Below are positions 1 through 10,467 of a DNA stretch of 64,000 bases, piece by piece. A program made the translations under genes and the position numbers. Under the pieces are notes generated by a model. It had not been told where the DNA came from. It did no database searches and was given only the letters and a program-made list of their open reading frames with translations. Positions within the stretch are counted from its first letter, which is position 1. Each line of letters begins with the position of its first letter. This stretch comes from Candidatus Levybacteria bacterium RIFCSPHIGHO2_02_FULL_40_18 (GTDB lineage: Bacteria > Patescibacteriota > Microgenomatia > Levybacterales > GWA1-39-11): contig MFOC01000002.1 in NCBI GenBank assembly GCA_001782235.1, positions 106,912 through 170,911 of the forward strand, read 5' to 3'.

Positions 1-2
1 TG

Positions 3-890
3 TCTTTTGTTGCAACATCAAATTCCATTATTATGGCAGACGGCATCCCAGTTTTTGTAGATGTCGAAAAAGACACGGGGAATATTGACGCCAATCTTAT
101 CGAAAAAGCTGTAACCCGCAAAACTCGCGCCATAATGCCGGTCCATCTTTACGGACAAATGGTTGACATGAAAAAGATATTTGCTATCGCAAAAAAACAC
201 AAACTCGTGGTGATTGAGGATGCGGCTCATGCGCTTGAGGCAAAAAGAGACGGCTTTCGACCCGGACAAAAAACAAGTTTTGCATGCTTCAGTTTTTATG
301 CAACCAAAAGTATAGCATCAGGTGAAGGAGGAGCTTTTGTTTGTGATAATAAGACAATCGCAAAATTAATAAAAAAACTAAGATCCCACGGCATAACAAG
401 CGAGTTAGCGCAGCGTGTACGGACAGGACTTAAGACATATGACGTAGACATCCTTGGCTGGAAATATAATATGGATAATATTCAGGCTGCTCTTCTTATT
501 CCTCAAGTTAAAAAAATAGAAAGAGAATGGAAAGCAAGAGAAGGGGTTGCAAAAATATATAGACAGGCCTTCAAAAAGATTGGAATTGACATGCCTCGTG
601 AATACAAAAACTCAAAACATGGAAGACATATATTCCCAATTTGGGTAAGTCCTGAAAAGCGCGACAAAATATTAGAGTACATTAACAAGCATGGGGTGGG
701 GGCAGTAATCAATTATCCAGCTATTCATCTTTTTTCTTACTATAGAAAGCGATTCGGATATAAGGAAGGTATGTTTCCACACACCGAAAGGATTGCATTA
801 TCCGAGATCTCTATTCCTCTCTATTCAAAACTAGCTGATAAAGAGATAAATTACGTTATTAAAGTAGTGTCCCAAGCTGTAAAGGCCTAA
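3..890 (+). CDS. DegT/DnrJ/EryC1/StrS family sugar aminotransferase, 5'-truncated by the window edge
   Basis: PVHLYG, IEDAAHA and FSFYATKSIASGEGG (PLP lysine) motifs; frame is open from position 3 (SFVATSNSIIM). Confidence 0.93.
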   Translation, partial: SFVATSNSIIMADGIPVFVDVEKDTGNIDANLIEKAVTRKTRAIMPVHLYGQMVDMKKIFAIAKKHKLVVIEDAAHALEAKRDGFRPGQKTSFACFSFYATKSIASGEGGAFVCDNKTIAKLIKKLRSHGITSELAQRVRTGLKTYDVDILGWKYNMDNIQAALLIPQVKKIEREWKAREGVAKIYRQAFKKIGIDMPREYKNSKHGRHIFPIWVSPEKRDKILEYINKHGVGAVINYPAIHLFSYYRKRFGYKEGMFPHTERIALSEISIPLYSKLADKEINYVIKVVSQAVKA

Positions 891-1585
891 CTCTTTTTGG
901 CTCGAAGCGCAATTTGAATATATCCGGGACCGGCTATATCTTTCTCCATAGTTTTCTCAATATATGAAATATTTGGCATTTTTGTTCTTAACACATGTTT
1001 GAAAAAATAAAAGGACAAGGCATAAAAAGACGAAAAAAAAGAACCTCGATGCAATATCTTTTCTACCTTAAATCCGGAGTCTTTCAACATCGACAAGAGC
1101 GAATTATCGCTGTAATGCCTATGGCTGGCGAGAAAATACGCAGGATCAAATACTTTACTTAATATATTAGAATGTGGAGTTGCCAAAAATAGATAACCGC
1201 CCTTTTTTAATACTCTATTTATTTCCTGCATGGTTGCAAGTTCGTATCCTGCTGGAATATGTTCGATAACATCAAAAAAACAAACGACATCGAAGGTTCC
1301 ATCGCGAAAGGGAAGCTTGTGTGAAACCGCTTTGACAGTTGCGACTTTTGGTAAATTTCTCTTTAAAACTTTTAATGCACGTTCTTCAATATCAACAGCA
1401 GTAATTTCTTTTGCTAAGTCATAGATTAATATTTCAAATGGACCTGTCCAGGATCCTATATCAAGAACTTTTTTCCCTTTAATATAATCTTTGGCAAAAG
1501 AAAAATAAAACTTATGTTCTCCTTTTGCTTCTGCCTTGTCAATCTTCCGAAAGAAGGTCATTAATCTCTGATTTTGAGTTTTCAT
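887..1585 (-). CDS. Class I SAM-dependent methyltransferase
   Basis: VLDIGSWTG motif I, LPFRDGTFDVV, VIEHI, RVLKKGG; start placed at MKTQN to avoid overlap with the divergent gene. Confidence 0.88.
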   Translation of the reverse strand: MKTQNQRLMTFFRKIDKAEAKGEHKFYFSFAKDYIKGKKVLDIGSWTGPFEILIYDLAKEITAVDIEERALKVLKRNLPKVATVKAVSHKLPFRDGTFDVVCFFDVIEHIPAGYELATMQEINRVLKKGGYLFLATPHSNILSKVFDPAYFLASHRHYSDNSLLSMLKDSGFKVEKILHRGSFFSSFYALSFYFFKHVLRTKMPNISYIEKTMEKDIAGPGYIQIALRAKKS

Positions 1586-1636
1586 AAAATGCCACTTTAC
1601 GATTGTTTTGAGATTATAATATAATCTCACAAAGCC

Positions 1637-3124
1637 GTGCAATATTTATTAAGTTTAATTTTCCCGTTAATATCTTATTTGCTACAAACGTACCCCCGAT
1701 TTTTTAATAAGTATTTCGGGGTCGATGTTTGGACAAGGCTTCTTGAAGTAAGAATAATCAGAAAGAATCATTTTAGAATTCCCGCGAGACCAATTAAAAA
1801 AGGTTTTATATTTAAAGGCTATTTTGATTACCCCCCTGTCTTTATTCTACTTCTTTCGCTTCTTGGCACAAAAAACCTTGAAAAATATCAGGGGTTAATA
1901 TCCCCATTCTTTGACGCGCTTCTCAACATATTTGTTTTTTTTGTAGCAATTCAATTAACAGGCAATTTATACATCGCGCTAATTTCTCAACTCATTTACA
2001 CCCTCACTCCCATTGTGGCGATTGAAAACTCTTCCCTCGTCCCAAGGTCGATCGGTTATCTTTTATTCTCTATTTCATTTTATTCGCTTCTTATGTATTC
2101 AACTTCATCTTTTAAACAAAGCGAATTTTTATTTCTGGGAATTATTTTTTCTACATTAACTATTCTAACTCATCGATTCGCTACCCAGTCTCTTCTTTTT
2201 ATAAGTATATTTTTTGCTTTTTTAGAAAGAAATCCAATATACATTTATGTCTTTGGTTTATCTATGATACTTGCAGTTGTACTTAGCCGTGGATACTATT
2301 TGCGGGTCTTAAAAGTTCATATTACAAACATAATTTTTTGGAGTAAAAATAGCGATAATCGATTCGCACATCAAGTGTATGGTCATTTACCTCCTGATAA
2401 AAATCCAGATTTAGTCGGTGTTATCTATAAACTTCTCACAAAACTTGCTCCACTTACGCTTCTCGTATCTAATATTTGGATACTTTCTGCCTTTATATTT
2501 TTTATAGTAAGAATACCAAATCCGGTCATGATGGAAAAAATGGCAATTTGGGGAATATTTTTTTACATTTTGGCTATTCTTGTTCTTATGAATAAGTATT
2601 TGATACCGATAGGTGAGGGGTATAGATATCTTGAAATGACACAACTACCAACATCCATATTATCAGCTTACATTTTCATTTATTTTTATAATTCACCATT
2701 GCGTATTTACGCAATTATCATTCTTTTAACATTGCTTGTAGGTTGTTTTTTCATAATTCTAATTGTTCAATATAAAGCAGTTATAAAAGATAAAAACAGA
2801 AGTCTTACAGGGGATATGAAAAATACTTTTAAATTTATTAATAAGCTTAAGGGAACTCCAAGAATTATGTGTCTTCCTCACCAAATAACAACGATGGTTG
2901 CTTATAATACAAAGGCGGATATATTGGTAGGAATTGATAGCTACTCAGTTAAATTTATGGGTGACTTTTATCCAGTCTTAAAAAAGCCCGTTTCTGAATT
3001 AGCCAAAAAATACAAGCTCGATTATTTATTCTTAAGAGAAAGTTTTGCGAAGTTAAAAGATTTAAAAATAAAGAATGCCAAAGTGGTATATAAAAGCGGC
3101 GACATAGTTCTCGTAAAATTGTAA
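1637..3124 (+). CDS. Multi-pass membrane protein, GT-C-like; paralog of 6558..8033
   Basis: Many hydrophobic segments; GVDVW, DYPP, ENSS, THRF, RFAHQ, GEGYRYLE and PHQITT motifs shared with 6558..8033. Confidence 0.75.
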   Translation: MQYLLSLIFPLISYLLQTYPRFFNKYFGVDVWTRLLEVRIIRKNHFRIPARPIKKGFIFKGYFDYPPVFILLLSLLGTKNLEKYQGLISPFFDALLNIFVFFVAIQLTGNLYIALISQLIYTLTPIVAIENSSLVPRSIGYLLFSISFYSLLMYSTSSFKQSEFLFLGIIFSTLTILTHRFATQSLLFISIFFAFLERNPIYIYVFGLSMILAVVLSRGYYLRVLKVHITNIIFWSKNSDNRFAHQVYGHLPPDKNPDLVGVIYKLLTKLAPLTLLVSNIWILSAFIFFIVRIPNPVMMEKMAIWGIFFYILAILVLMNKYLIPIGEGYRYLEMTQLPTSILSAYIFIYFYNSPLRIYAIIILLTLLVGCFFIILIVQYKAVIKDKNRSLTGDMKNTFKFINKLKGTPRIMCLPHQITTMVAYNTKADILVGIDSYSVKFMGDFYPVLKKPVSELAKKYKLDYLFLRESFAKLKDLKIKNAKVVYKSGDIVLVKL

Positions 3125-3886
3125 CTACTTTTTCTTCACAACCATAATAAATCCTTTGGACAATAACCAAAAAAGAGGCGCCTTTTTGATGAGCCATATC
3201 CCGCCATGCTTAAGTAAGGTATTCATTCCGGTTCGTCTCCCGCAACCTATATATATCGCGTTTGGCGCGGGAACAGGAAAATAATAATCACAATTAAAAT
3301 TGTCGAATAGTCTTCTCATACCAAAGTAGGTTCGCGAATAGGAGCTTTCTTGATAAGATTCACCCCTACCTGTAATTTTTAAATAAAGATTAGCCAAAGA
3401 AAGCGGCAACCAGCTAAGAAAAGGCAGCTCATAATGTGGTTCAATAGGCCACAATTTATTGGGGGCAGTTACGTAAAGAATAGCCCCGGGCTTCATGATT
3501 CGAAAAACATTCTTAAAAGATTTTTCTTGATGCGGCATGTGCTCGAGTGTGGTAAGACTTATTGCAAGATCAAATTTTTCTTTTCCTTTATAATCTTCGA
3601 TCAAGCTGTTGACGAATTTTACGTTCGAACGCCTGTTCATCCTTATGGCTTTTTCATAGGCGCCTTTAAATGGCTCAACTCCTACTACTTTTTTAACAAA
3701 TTTGGCAAGTTCCTGCGAATATAGACCGAAGCCTGAGCCTATATCAAGAACTGTTAAATCTTTCGTGGATTTTCCAAGTTCCTTCTCTGCAACTAATAGT
3801 ATATCTTCAATAGTCCCTTCAATAGCGGCATGAGGTACGCTCGTTTCGTCCGTCAAATTAAGGTATTTACTTCTATTCTTTGCCAT
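3125..3886 (-). CDS. Class I SAM-dependent methyltransferase
   Basis: VLDIGSGFG, FDLAIS, TLEHMP, MKPGA, PNKLWPIEPHY; start placed at MAKNR. Confidence 0.88.
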   Translation of the reverse strand: MAKNRSKYLNLTDETSVPHAAIEGTIEDILLVAEKELGKSTKDLTVLDIGSGFGLYSQELAKFVKKVVGVEPFKGAYEKAIRMNRRSNVKFVNSLIEDYKGKEKFDLAISLTTLEHMPHQEKSFKNVFRIMKPGAILYVTAPNKLWPIEPHYELPFLSWLPLSLANLYLKITGRGESYQESSYSRTYFGMRRLFDNFNCDYYFPVPAPNAIYIGCGRRTGMNTLLKHGGIWLIKKAPLFWLLSKGFIMVVKKK

Positions 3887-4565
3887 ATATTTTGTTTTCT
3901 CTGCTAAACACTCCAAAAAACTCCTGTTCTGTGCCGCGTGCAAGCGCTTCTTTTTTAAATTTTCCGATATCCCAAGCAGCTCTTTTTATTTCTACTTTAT
4001 TCGAATTAGTATCCCAAATGGCATATGAAAGTAAGTTGTAGTCGCGAGGTTGTCCGCAAGAACCGGGGTTTATAATGGTTTTTTTGCCGACTTTTCGAAC
4101 AAGAGGATAATGGGTTTGGCCAAGAATTATAACGTCGAACGGAACTTGTTCAAATTCTTTAAAATTCGAAAAGTCAGGATAAATCCTGCCCCGCAGATAA
4201 TCCCACGGACTCCCATGGCACATCAAAATTTTTTTGCCTTTTATTTTGAACTTAAGATTTATAGGGAGATTGAATAAATACTTTAAGCTCGAAGGCGAAA
4301 CTATCTTTTTCATGAATCGAACGGATTTTTTAACTTCGGGATTTGCACCTTCTGGAGCCTTCCCTTCCAAAAGGTATTGGTCATGATTCCCCAAAACAGA
4401 AATGACCTTATGCTCTTTTAAAAGAGATATAGACTCATCTACAAAGGGGTAATATCCTGAAATGTCGCCGGCACACAAAGTCTTATCGCATTTCGAAAGT
4501 TTAGACAAAACTATTTTCAATCCGTGGCTGTTCCCATGAATATCCGAAATTATTCCAATCTTCAT
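3873..4565 (-). CDS. Metallophosphoesterase (calcineurin-like, YfcE/PPP family)
   Basis: SDIHGN, GDISGY, GNHD, HGSP, GQTH, NPGSCGQPRD. Confidence 0.92.
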   Translation of the reverse strand: MKIGIISDIHGNSHGLKIVLSKLSKCDKTLCAGDISGYYPFVDESISLLKEHKVISVLGNHDQYLLEGKAPEGANPEVKKSVRFMKKIVSPSSLKYLFNLPINLKFKIKGKKILMCHGSPWDYLRGRIYPDFSNFKEFEQVPFDVIILGQTHYPLVRKVGKKTIINPGSCGQPRDYNLLSYAIWDTNSNKVEIKRAAWDIGKFKKEALARGTEQEFFGVFSRENKIYGKE

Positions 4566-5452
4566 TTGATAGACTTTTTGTAATGCTCAAGTCCTGAACG
4601 TAAATCATATCTTGCTCTATAGCCCAATTCTTTCTCTGCTCTTTTAATATCAATGCCAAAGCTAAATTCTTGAGGTTTTTTGGAATCGTATTTGATGCGA
4701 GATGAGGAACCGAAAACACCAATAATTGTTTCTGCCAGATATCTCATCGTCGTCTTTTCTCCACTTCCAATATTAAAAACTCCCGTGGTCCCCTTTTTTG
4801 CTGCGAGTATATTGGCTTCTACAACATCATCCACATAAATATAGTCTTGACTGCGCGTCCCGTCTCCGTAAAGGAAAATGTCCTCATTCTTCTGTGCGCG
4901 TTCAATAAAAATCGGAAGTGCTGTCCGCTGAGTAAGACCCGGACCATAAACTGAGGCATAACGGAGCACAGTTATCGCAAGGCCGTGAAGCGAAGAAAAC
5001 ATAGTACAATAATTTTCAGCGGTTAATTTACTGACTCCATAAACAATGATGGGATTAAGCGGACTATCTTCATGTGCTATTCTACGTCTTGGTCTGCCAT
5101 AAACTGTCACGGAAGAACTATGTATTAATCTCTTTATTCCCCGTTCCACCATAAGCTCCAGAATATTTAGGGCTCCTATTGCATTAACAAGTAGGCACTT
5201 TAATGCGTCATCGGTCGCATAACCGGTTGCTATATGGGCAGCCATATTGAAAACTACATCAAACTCTCCTTTTATTCTTGAGAATTCTTCTTTTTTTGAA
5301 ATATCAACTGATACATGATGATATTTTTTGGAATGAATATCTTTTTTGTTATTCCCACTTGAAACTCCTGTTACATCCGCTCCTTCCTTAAGAAGCTTTT
5401 GAACCAAATGAGATCCGATTAATCCTGTTGCACCAAAAACAAGCGCCTTCAT
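4562..5452 (-). CDS. NAD-dependent epimerase/dehydratase (extended SDR)
   Basis: GATGLIG, SSSVTVYG, YGVSK, VYGPG, QDYIYVDD. Confidence 0.93.
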   Translation of the reverse strand: MKALVFGATGLIGSHLVQKLLKEGADVTGVSSGNNKKDIHSKKYHHVSVDISKKEEFSRIKGEFDVVFNMAAHIATGYATDDALKCLLVNAIGALNILELMVERGIKRLIHSSSVTVYGRPRRRIAHEDSPLNPIIVYGVSKLTAENYCTMFSSLHGLAITVLRYASVYGPGLTQRTALPIFIERAQKNEDIFLYGDGTRSQDYIYVDDVVEANILAAKKGTTGVFNIGSGEKTTMRYLAETIIGVFGSSSRIKYDSKKPQEFSFGIDIKRAEKELGYRARYDLRSGLEHYKKSIK

Positions 5453-6522
5453 AAAGTTTGTTTTATTTGATTATAATTTTTGATAGGAACAACTGCGTTG
5501 GCAAATTTTCGAATTACTGCATAGCCTAATCTATGTGGAACCTTCTTGACTCTTTCTATGCCTAGAAAGTCGCGAATTAAAATGTGTGGTTCATTAAAAC
5601 CCATCTCTGCCCTCATTGAGGCAGAACCTGAAAATCTTGGGTGAACCTCAAAAATGTAAACACCTTTTTTTCCTTTCCTACATTGAATATTAAATGGGCC
5701 ACGCGCCCCTAAACGCCTTGCCGCTAATTCGCAAGTTTTTTTCACTTTTGGTTCGTTAACAAAAAAACCTTGAGAATAACCAGTAGACAAAACATAATTC
5801 CTAGGGCCAATTTTTCTCTCCTCACCTCTTGAAAATCCAATAAGACGTCTTTTCATGACAATAGTATCAATTATTCTTCCGTCTTTGCCACACAAAACTC
5901 CCACAGTATATTCATGATCCTCATCGGAAACATATTCTTGCGCGAGCATTTTTATTCCTTCTCGCCTAAATTTTTTTAAAACTTCCGAAAGCTCGGCTTT
6001 ATCTTTGACAATATGTACATTTCTTGATCCACTTGTTTCACCGCGGGGTTTAACGATTAAAGGGAAGCGTATGGAAGAGGCATCGGAGAGTAATTTAATT
6101 TCTCGTGTTTCAGGAGTCAAGAGATTATTTTTTTTTAGTAGGTTATAGACGTCGAGTTTATCATATGTCGCCTCAACTAAAGAGTGGGAATTGGTAATAG
6201 GAACTACTCCTTCCTTGAGTAAATCGTTCTCGTATTTTGCGACTGCTAATATCTCCGGGATTGATCCCGGAAGAACAACATCTACTTTTTCTTTCTTGCA
6301 TATTTTAATTAGAGAAGGAAGATATTTTTTGGATGAGGAAGGAGGCAACAAACATCCGCGGTCTGCCTCGTATAGTCCTGCGGCGAAAGGATCCGCGTCA
6401 GTCGCAACAATTCTATAGTTTTTTGGAAACTTTTTTAGGCACTCAAATATCTGGTACCCAACCGATCTTCCCCCAACAGCAGTAACCAATGCGGTTAGTT
6501 TTTGTTTTTGATTGTCTCGCAT
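5449..6522 (-). CDS. ATP-grasp domain protein (carbamoyl-phosphate-synthase-like)
   Basis: FPLIVKPRGETSGS, QEYV, EYTV, GPFNIQ, FEVHPRFSG; start could be the GTG at 6534. Confidence 0.88.
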   Translation of the reverse strand: MRDNQKQKLTALVTAVGGRSVGYQIFECLKKFPKNYRIVATDADPFAAGLYEADRGCLLPPSSSKKYLPSLIKICKKEKVDVVLPGSIPEILAVAKYENDLLKEGVVPITNSHSLVEATYDKLDVYNLLKKNNLLTPETREIKLLSDASSIRFPLIVKPRGETSGSRNVHIVKDKAELSEVLKKFRREGIKMLAQEYVSDEDHEYTVGVLCGKDGRIIDTIVMKRRLIGFSRGEERKIGPRNYVLSTGYSQGFFVNEPKVKKTCELAARRLGARGPFNIQCRKGKKGVYIFEVHPRFSGSASMRAEMGFNEPHILIRDFLGIERVKKVPHRLGYAVIRKFANAVVPIKNYNQIKQTL

Positions 6523-6557
6523 ATATTGTTCCACATTATATATAAACGTGATTATTT

Positions 6558-8033
6558 TTACAATTTAAGCAAAACAAAATTTTCAACTTCATGAACTTTT
6601 TTATAATGCCCGATTTTAAGATCTGAAATGGTGGCATAGTCTTGATTTAGGAGAATCATATCAAGATTGTGGTCTTTCATGATTTCCCGAAGTGGTTTGC
6701 GTATATAGGGATAGACATCGGAAATTTTATCAATTGTTGTGTAGCTTGCGTTAACATATACCGGACAGCCGGTGTGATAAATGGTATTTGTGGTTATCTG
6801 ATGCGGAATACAAAGCAATCGAGGCTTAGTTTTTAAGGATTTTAAGTAGGCGAACATTTTTTTCATCTCGGGGGTTAAGGTTCGCAGTTTTTCATTTATT
6901 ATTGCTTTTCGCTGAATAACAACTATGGTAACCAGTGCTAAGACTCCAATAATCGAATAGAGAACGGCAAGGGGTAACCCAATGTTAGAATTTATTTTCG
7001 AAACTAAAAAGTTCGAAGTCAAAAATGCTGCAGGAAATGCTGAAAGTTCTAAATATCTCTGCCCTTCTCCCAAAAAGCGAAGATTTGGAACCCATATTGT
7101 CAGAAGTGCAAGAATGTAAGATATTACAACCCAAAGAGTCATAAGGGAAAAGACCGGATTTCCCTGAAACTCGAATATAAAAACATATAGGACGAATAAA
7201 ACCCAAGGACTGGTTATTTCTAAAACAAATGGAGGAAATTGGAGAAATCTATTGTATATACGAAAAATAAAGTCACGATTTTCATGATGCCCTATATTCC
7301 CTTTCACTTGATGAGCAAACCTATATTCAATATTTCTCCCCCAGAATTTTAAGTTACCAATATGGCCGCGAAGTACTTTGATGTAAAAACCCTTTGAAAG
7401 TAAAACTGCTGCTGCAAAACTTGTGAGGAAAACCAGGGAGAAAACTATATTCTGTTTAATAAAATCAAAAATAACGGCGAAGAACAGAAACCCCTGGGCG
7501 GTAAACCGATGTGTCAAAAAAATTATCGAGCCTGAGATTACTGCAAGAGCCAAAAATGCGGGGTTAGGATTTTGATAATAAAAGATAACGGACATCATAA
7601 GAATAGTAAATAATGTGTATCCAAGAGATCTGGGAGTAGCGCTTGAATTTTCAAGAATAATAATTGGGGTTAGGATGTATAAGAGTTGAGTCAATAAGGC
7701 AAGGAAAATGTTTGATGTCAAAATGTATACTATCCCAAAGATTATAATCAAATGAATAAAATCAAAAAACGGTGAGAATAAAAATTCATATTTCTCAACC
7801 AGTTTGAAAGGAAACTTTGATAGAATCCAAATAAAAACAGGGGGATAATCATAATCTCCCGGAACTAAAAACCCATTTTCAATTCTTCCGGGAATTCTTT
7901 TTTGCTTATGATATTCCTTAAGATAGAGAAGGTGTGTCCATATATCAACTCCATACTCTCGGTTTATAAAACGAGGATAAGATTCCAAAATGAAAGCTAC
8001 AAGGGCAAGAGGAATAGACAAAAGGAAAATCAT
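6558..8033 (-). CDS. Multi-pass membrane protein, GT-C-like; paralog of 1637..3124
   Basis: GVDIW, DYPP, ENSS, THRF, RFAHQ, GEGQRYLE, PHQITT; many TM segments. Confidence 0.75.
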   Translation of the reverse strand: MIFLLSIPLALVAFILESYPRFINREYGVDIWTHLLYLKEYHKQKRIPGRIENGFLVPGDYDYPPVFIWILSKFPFKLVEKYEFLFSPFFDFIHLIIIFGIVYILTSNIFLALLTQLLYILTPIIILENSSATPRSLGYTLFTILMMSVIFYYQNPNPAFLALAVISGSIIFLTHRFTAQGFLFFAVIFDFIKQNIVFSLVFLTSFAAAVLLSKGFYIKVLRGHIGNLKFWGRNIEYRFAHQVKGNIGHHENRDFIFRIYNRFLQFPPFVLEITSPWVLFVLYVFIFEFQGNPVFSLMTLWVVISYILALLTIWVPNLRFLGEGQRYLELSAFPAAFLTSNFLVSKINSNIGLPLAVLYSIIGVLALVTIVVIQRKAIINEKLRTLTPEMKKMFAYLKSLKTKPRLLCIPHQITTNTIYHTGCPVYVNASYTTIDKISDVYPYIRKPLREIMKDHNLDMILLNQDYATISDLKIGHYKKVHEVENFVLLKL

Positions 8034-9359
8034 TTACTGTTCATTATAAAGTATTACAGACCAAATATTGAGCATTATAAATGCTACCAACCAAGAGTAG
8101 GATACAAATTTCGAAATTCTTATTAGGGGCTTGGATGGTAAAAATAGTGGAACCAAACTTAATCCCCATCCCAGAATTATGAGGCGAAAAACAAAATAGG
8201 AAAACCCGAATGACACAGCCCAGGTATTTTGAAAAAGAGTTGTTCCGACGAGTACCAAAAAGAAGAATGTCAGGATTGGGTTCTTAATGAAATAATTACG
8301 AATAAAGAACGCGGTAGAAATTATGAGAAACGGATAGAACGGGTATTTGTACCATCCATGTCCTGCTTCATCCGGAATGCCGGTTAGGAAAATAACGAAA
8401 TAAGAAAGCAGGGCAAAAATTATGAAATAATGTTTCTTAATATCTGTTAATAAAAGGATGAGCGCAAACCAGCCAAAGTAGATCCACCCGTCAAGTAAAA
8501 ATCTGTCAACAAGCCATGGTTTTTGAAATATTGCATAGATACTTGCAAACGAAATGTCATATCGATTTAGTTGGAGCGCCCAAAGATCTAAAAATAACTT
8601 CGAATCAAAATAAACTCCATAAACTAGGTACAGCAGACCAATGGAAACAACAACCGAAACAAATCTGAATAGATCCTTGTATTTTTTAAGATAAAGAAAA
8701 ATTAGAACTATAGAACCGGTTGCTGCAATCCAAGGAATTTTTGACAAAATTAATAATCCACAAATAACCGCTGCAGTATTTCGGTATAACGAATTTTTTG
8801 TTTTGAGATATTTCGAAGTAAAAAGCAGGGCAAGCAGCCACATTGGAATAAAAAAGTTTTCATTTTGAACAATACGTGAACCTATAACAATTGTTGGGAT
8901 TGTCGCATAAAGAAGCGAGGCAATAAAGGCAGTTTTTCTATCATAAAGTTCGTTTACAAGCAGGTATACAAGGATGATGCTTGTCAATCCTAAAATAATC
9001 GCAAGCGGCCGAATGGTTCTGATGTCAACATCGTACATATCTTGTGCGCCATTAATTAACGCGAAAGATCCGGCTACTAATCCAAAGACTGGTGGATGCT
9101 CAAGGTAGGGCTTTACTAGGAAAAATGCTGCTCCTCTATAGGTTAAGTGTTCGCGATTTGTATATTGAGGCTGAGAGGACCAAGATATAGGCATTTGTTG
9201 CTGGATAAGATTTATCCCAAGCCAAGTCCAGGCATATTCGTCAAATGTCGCGCCTTCCCGCGGCCAAGTGTAAAGATTGTGACTTCGCAATAAAAATCCA
9301 AGAATAACAATAAGAGATAAAAGCACAAAGGGGAATAGTTTAACTTTTGCGATTCTCAT
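8034..9359 (-). CDS. ArnT/PMT-family (GT-C) glycosyltransferase
   Basis: N-terminal TM helix followed by TFDE, EHPP motif, multi-pass hydrophobic body. Confidence 0.82.
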   Translation of the reverse strand: MRIAKVKLFPFVLLSLIVILGFLLRSHNLYTWPREGATFDEYAWTWLGINLIQQQMPISWSSQPQYTNREHLTYRGAAFFLVKPYLEHPPVFGLVAGSFALINGAQDMYDVDIRTIRPLAIILGLTSIILVYLLVNELYDRKTAFIASLLYATIPTIVIGSRIVQNENFFIPMWLLALLFTSKYLKTKNSLYRNTAAVICGLLILSKIPWIAATGSIVLIFLYLKKYKDLFRFVSVVVSIGLLYLVYGVYFDSKLFLDLWALQLNRYDISFASIYAIFQKPWLVDRFLLDGWIYFGWFALILLLTDIKKHYFIIFALLSYFVIFLTGIPDEAGHGWYKYPFYPFLIISTAFFIRNYFIKNPILTFFFLVLVGTTLFQNTWAVSFGFSYFVFRLIILGWGLSLVPLFLPSKPLIRISKFVSYSWLVAFIMLNIWSVILYNEQ

Positions 9360-10467
9360 ATTTTGCTATTACTGAAAAAGCTACTTTCGCAGTATTCTCC
9401 CACCCTATCTCTTTTTCAAATGATTTTATTTTTGAAAGTAAACTCGTATATAGCTTATCATTTTTTAAATATCGAACCATAGCTTTTCCCAGGAGATCTG
9501 GATGATATTTCTCGACCATAATTCCTCTGCTTCCATTTTCAACAACATCTCTAACACCAGGAGCATTGTAGACGGCCGAGGGCGTTCCGCAAACACCGGC
9601 CTCTGCAATAACTATACCCCACCCTTCATGAATTGATGGGAAAATCATTAAATGGGCTCGTGATAAAAGTTTGAATTTTTGGCTTTCGGAGACAAACCCA
9701 AAAAATTTAACAGCCCGCGAAAGCTTATAACCCTTGACCTTATTCTTGATCTTTGCGACATATTCGGGAACACCAGACCCCACAACCCACAAACGACTAT
9801 CCGGAATCGCCTCGTTAATTATTTTAAAAGCCTCGATTGCATCTTCAATTCCCTTCTGCTTATTAATTCTGCTTAAATATATAATTGTTGGAACTTTTTC
9901 TTTGCTAAGTTTATGAAGTCTGTGAGGAACTGTTAATCCCATTGGGAGAACTGTAATATTTTTCTTTTTGAAACCTCGAGAAATTAAATCTTCCATCGTT
10001 GATGACGATATGGCAAGGGTCGGAATTTTTTTATAGAGATTAAAGTAGATTCTCTCGATCAATATTCCAATGTAGGCAAGAGGGGCGGAAAAAACTTGGA
10101 AGAAAAGTTTATCTGCCACTTCGCAGGCAAAGAGAATGGTTTTACGAGGCTCATACAGAGCTGCAAAGAATGGTATCCCATGAACTTCATCTATAATAAC
10201 GTCAACTTTACCGTGCAGATTTTTAAAATAATAAAAGAATGCCAGAAGATGTACGCTCCACCAGCGACCCAATCTGATTATTTTTATTCCATCTATTACT
10301 TCTTGATTCTTAGCTTTGTCAAACCCAGCGCTGATTTGTGTGACGCTATGCCCCCAAGATACCCAAAATTTTGCCATCTCATGTGTTAAAATCTCTGCTC
10401 CTCCCGCTCCAGGATTTTTAATATCGCGCCAATTGAGAATAAGGATTCGAGAAGTTATTTTGCCCAT
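9340..10467 (-). CDS. GT4 family glycosyltransferase
   Basis: WRDIKNPGAGGAE, SRINKQKG, PSIHEGWGIVIAEA; start placed at MGKIT. Confidence 0.92.
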   Translation of the reverse strand: MGKITSRILILNWRDIKNPGAGGAEILTHEMAKFWVSWGHSVTQISAGFDKAKNQEVIDGIKIIRLGRWWSVHLLAFFYYFKNLHGKVDVIIDEVHGIPFFAALYEPRKTILFACEVADKLFFQVFSAPLAYIGILIERIYFNLYKKIPTLAISSSTMEDLISRGFKKKNITVLPMGLTVPHRLHKLSKEKVPTIIYLSRINKQKGIEDAIEAFKIINEAIPDSRLWVVGSGVPEYVAKIKNKVKGYKLSRAVKFFGFVSESQKFKLLSRAHLMIFPSIHEGWGIVIAEAGVCGTPSAVYNAPGVRDVVENGSRGIMVEKYHPDLLGKAMVRYLKNDKLYTSLLSKIKSFEKEIGWENTAKVAFSVIAKYENRKS

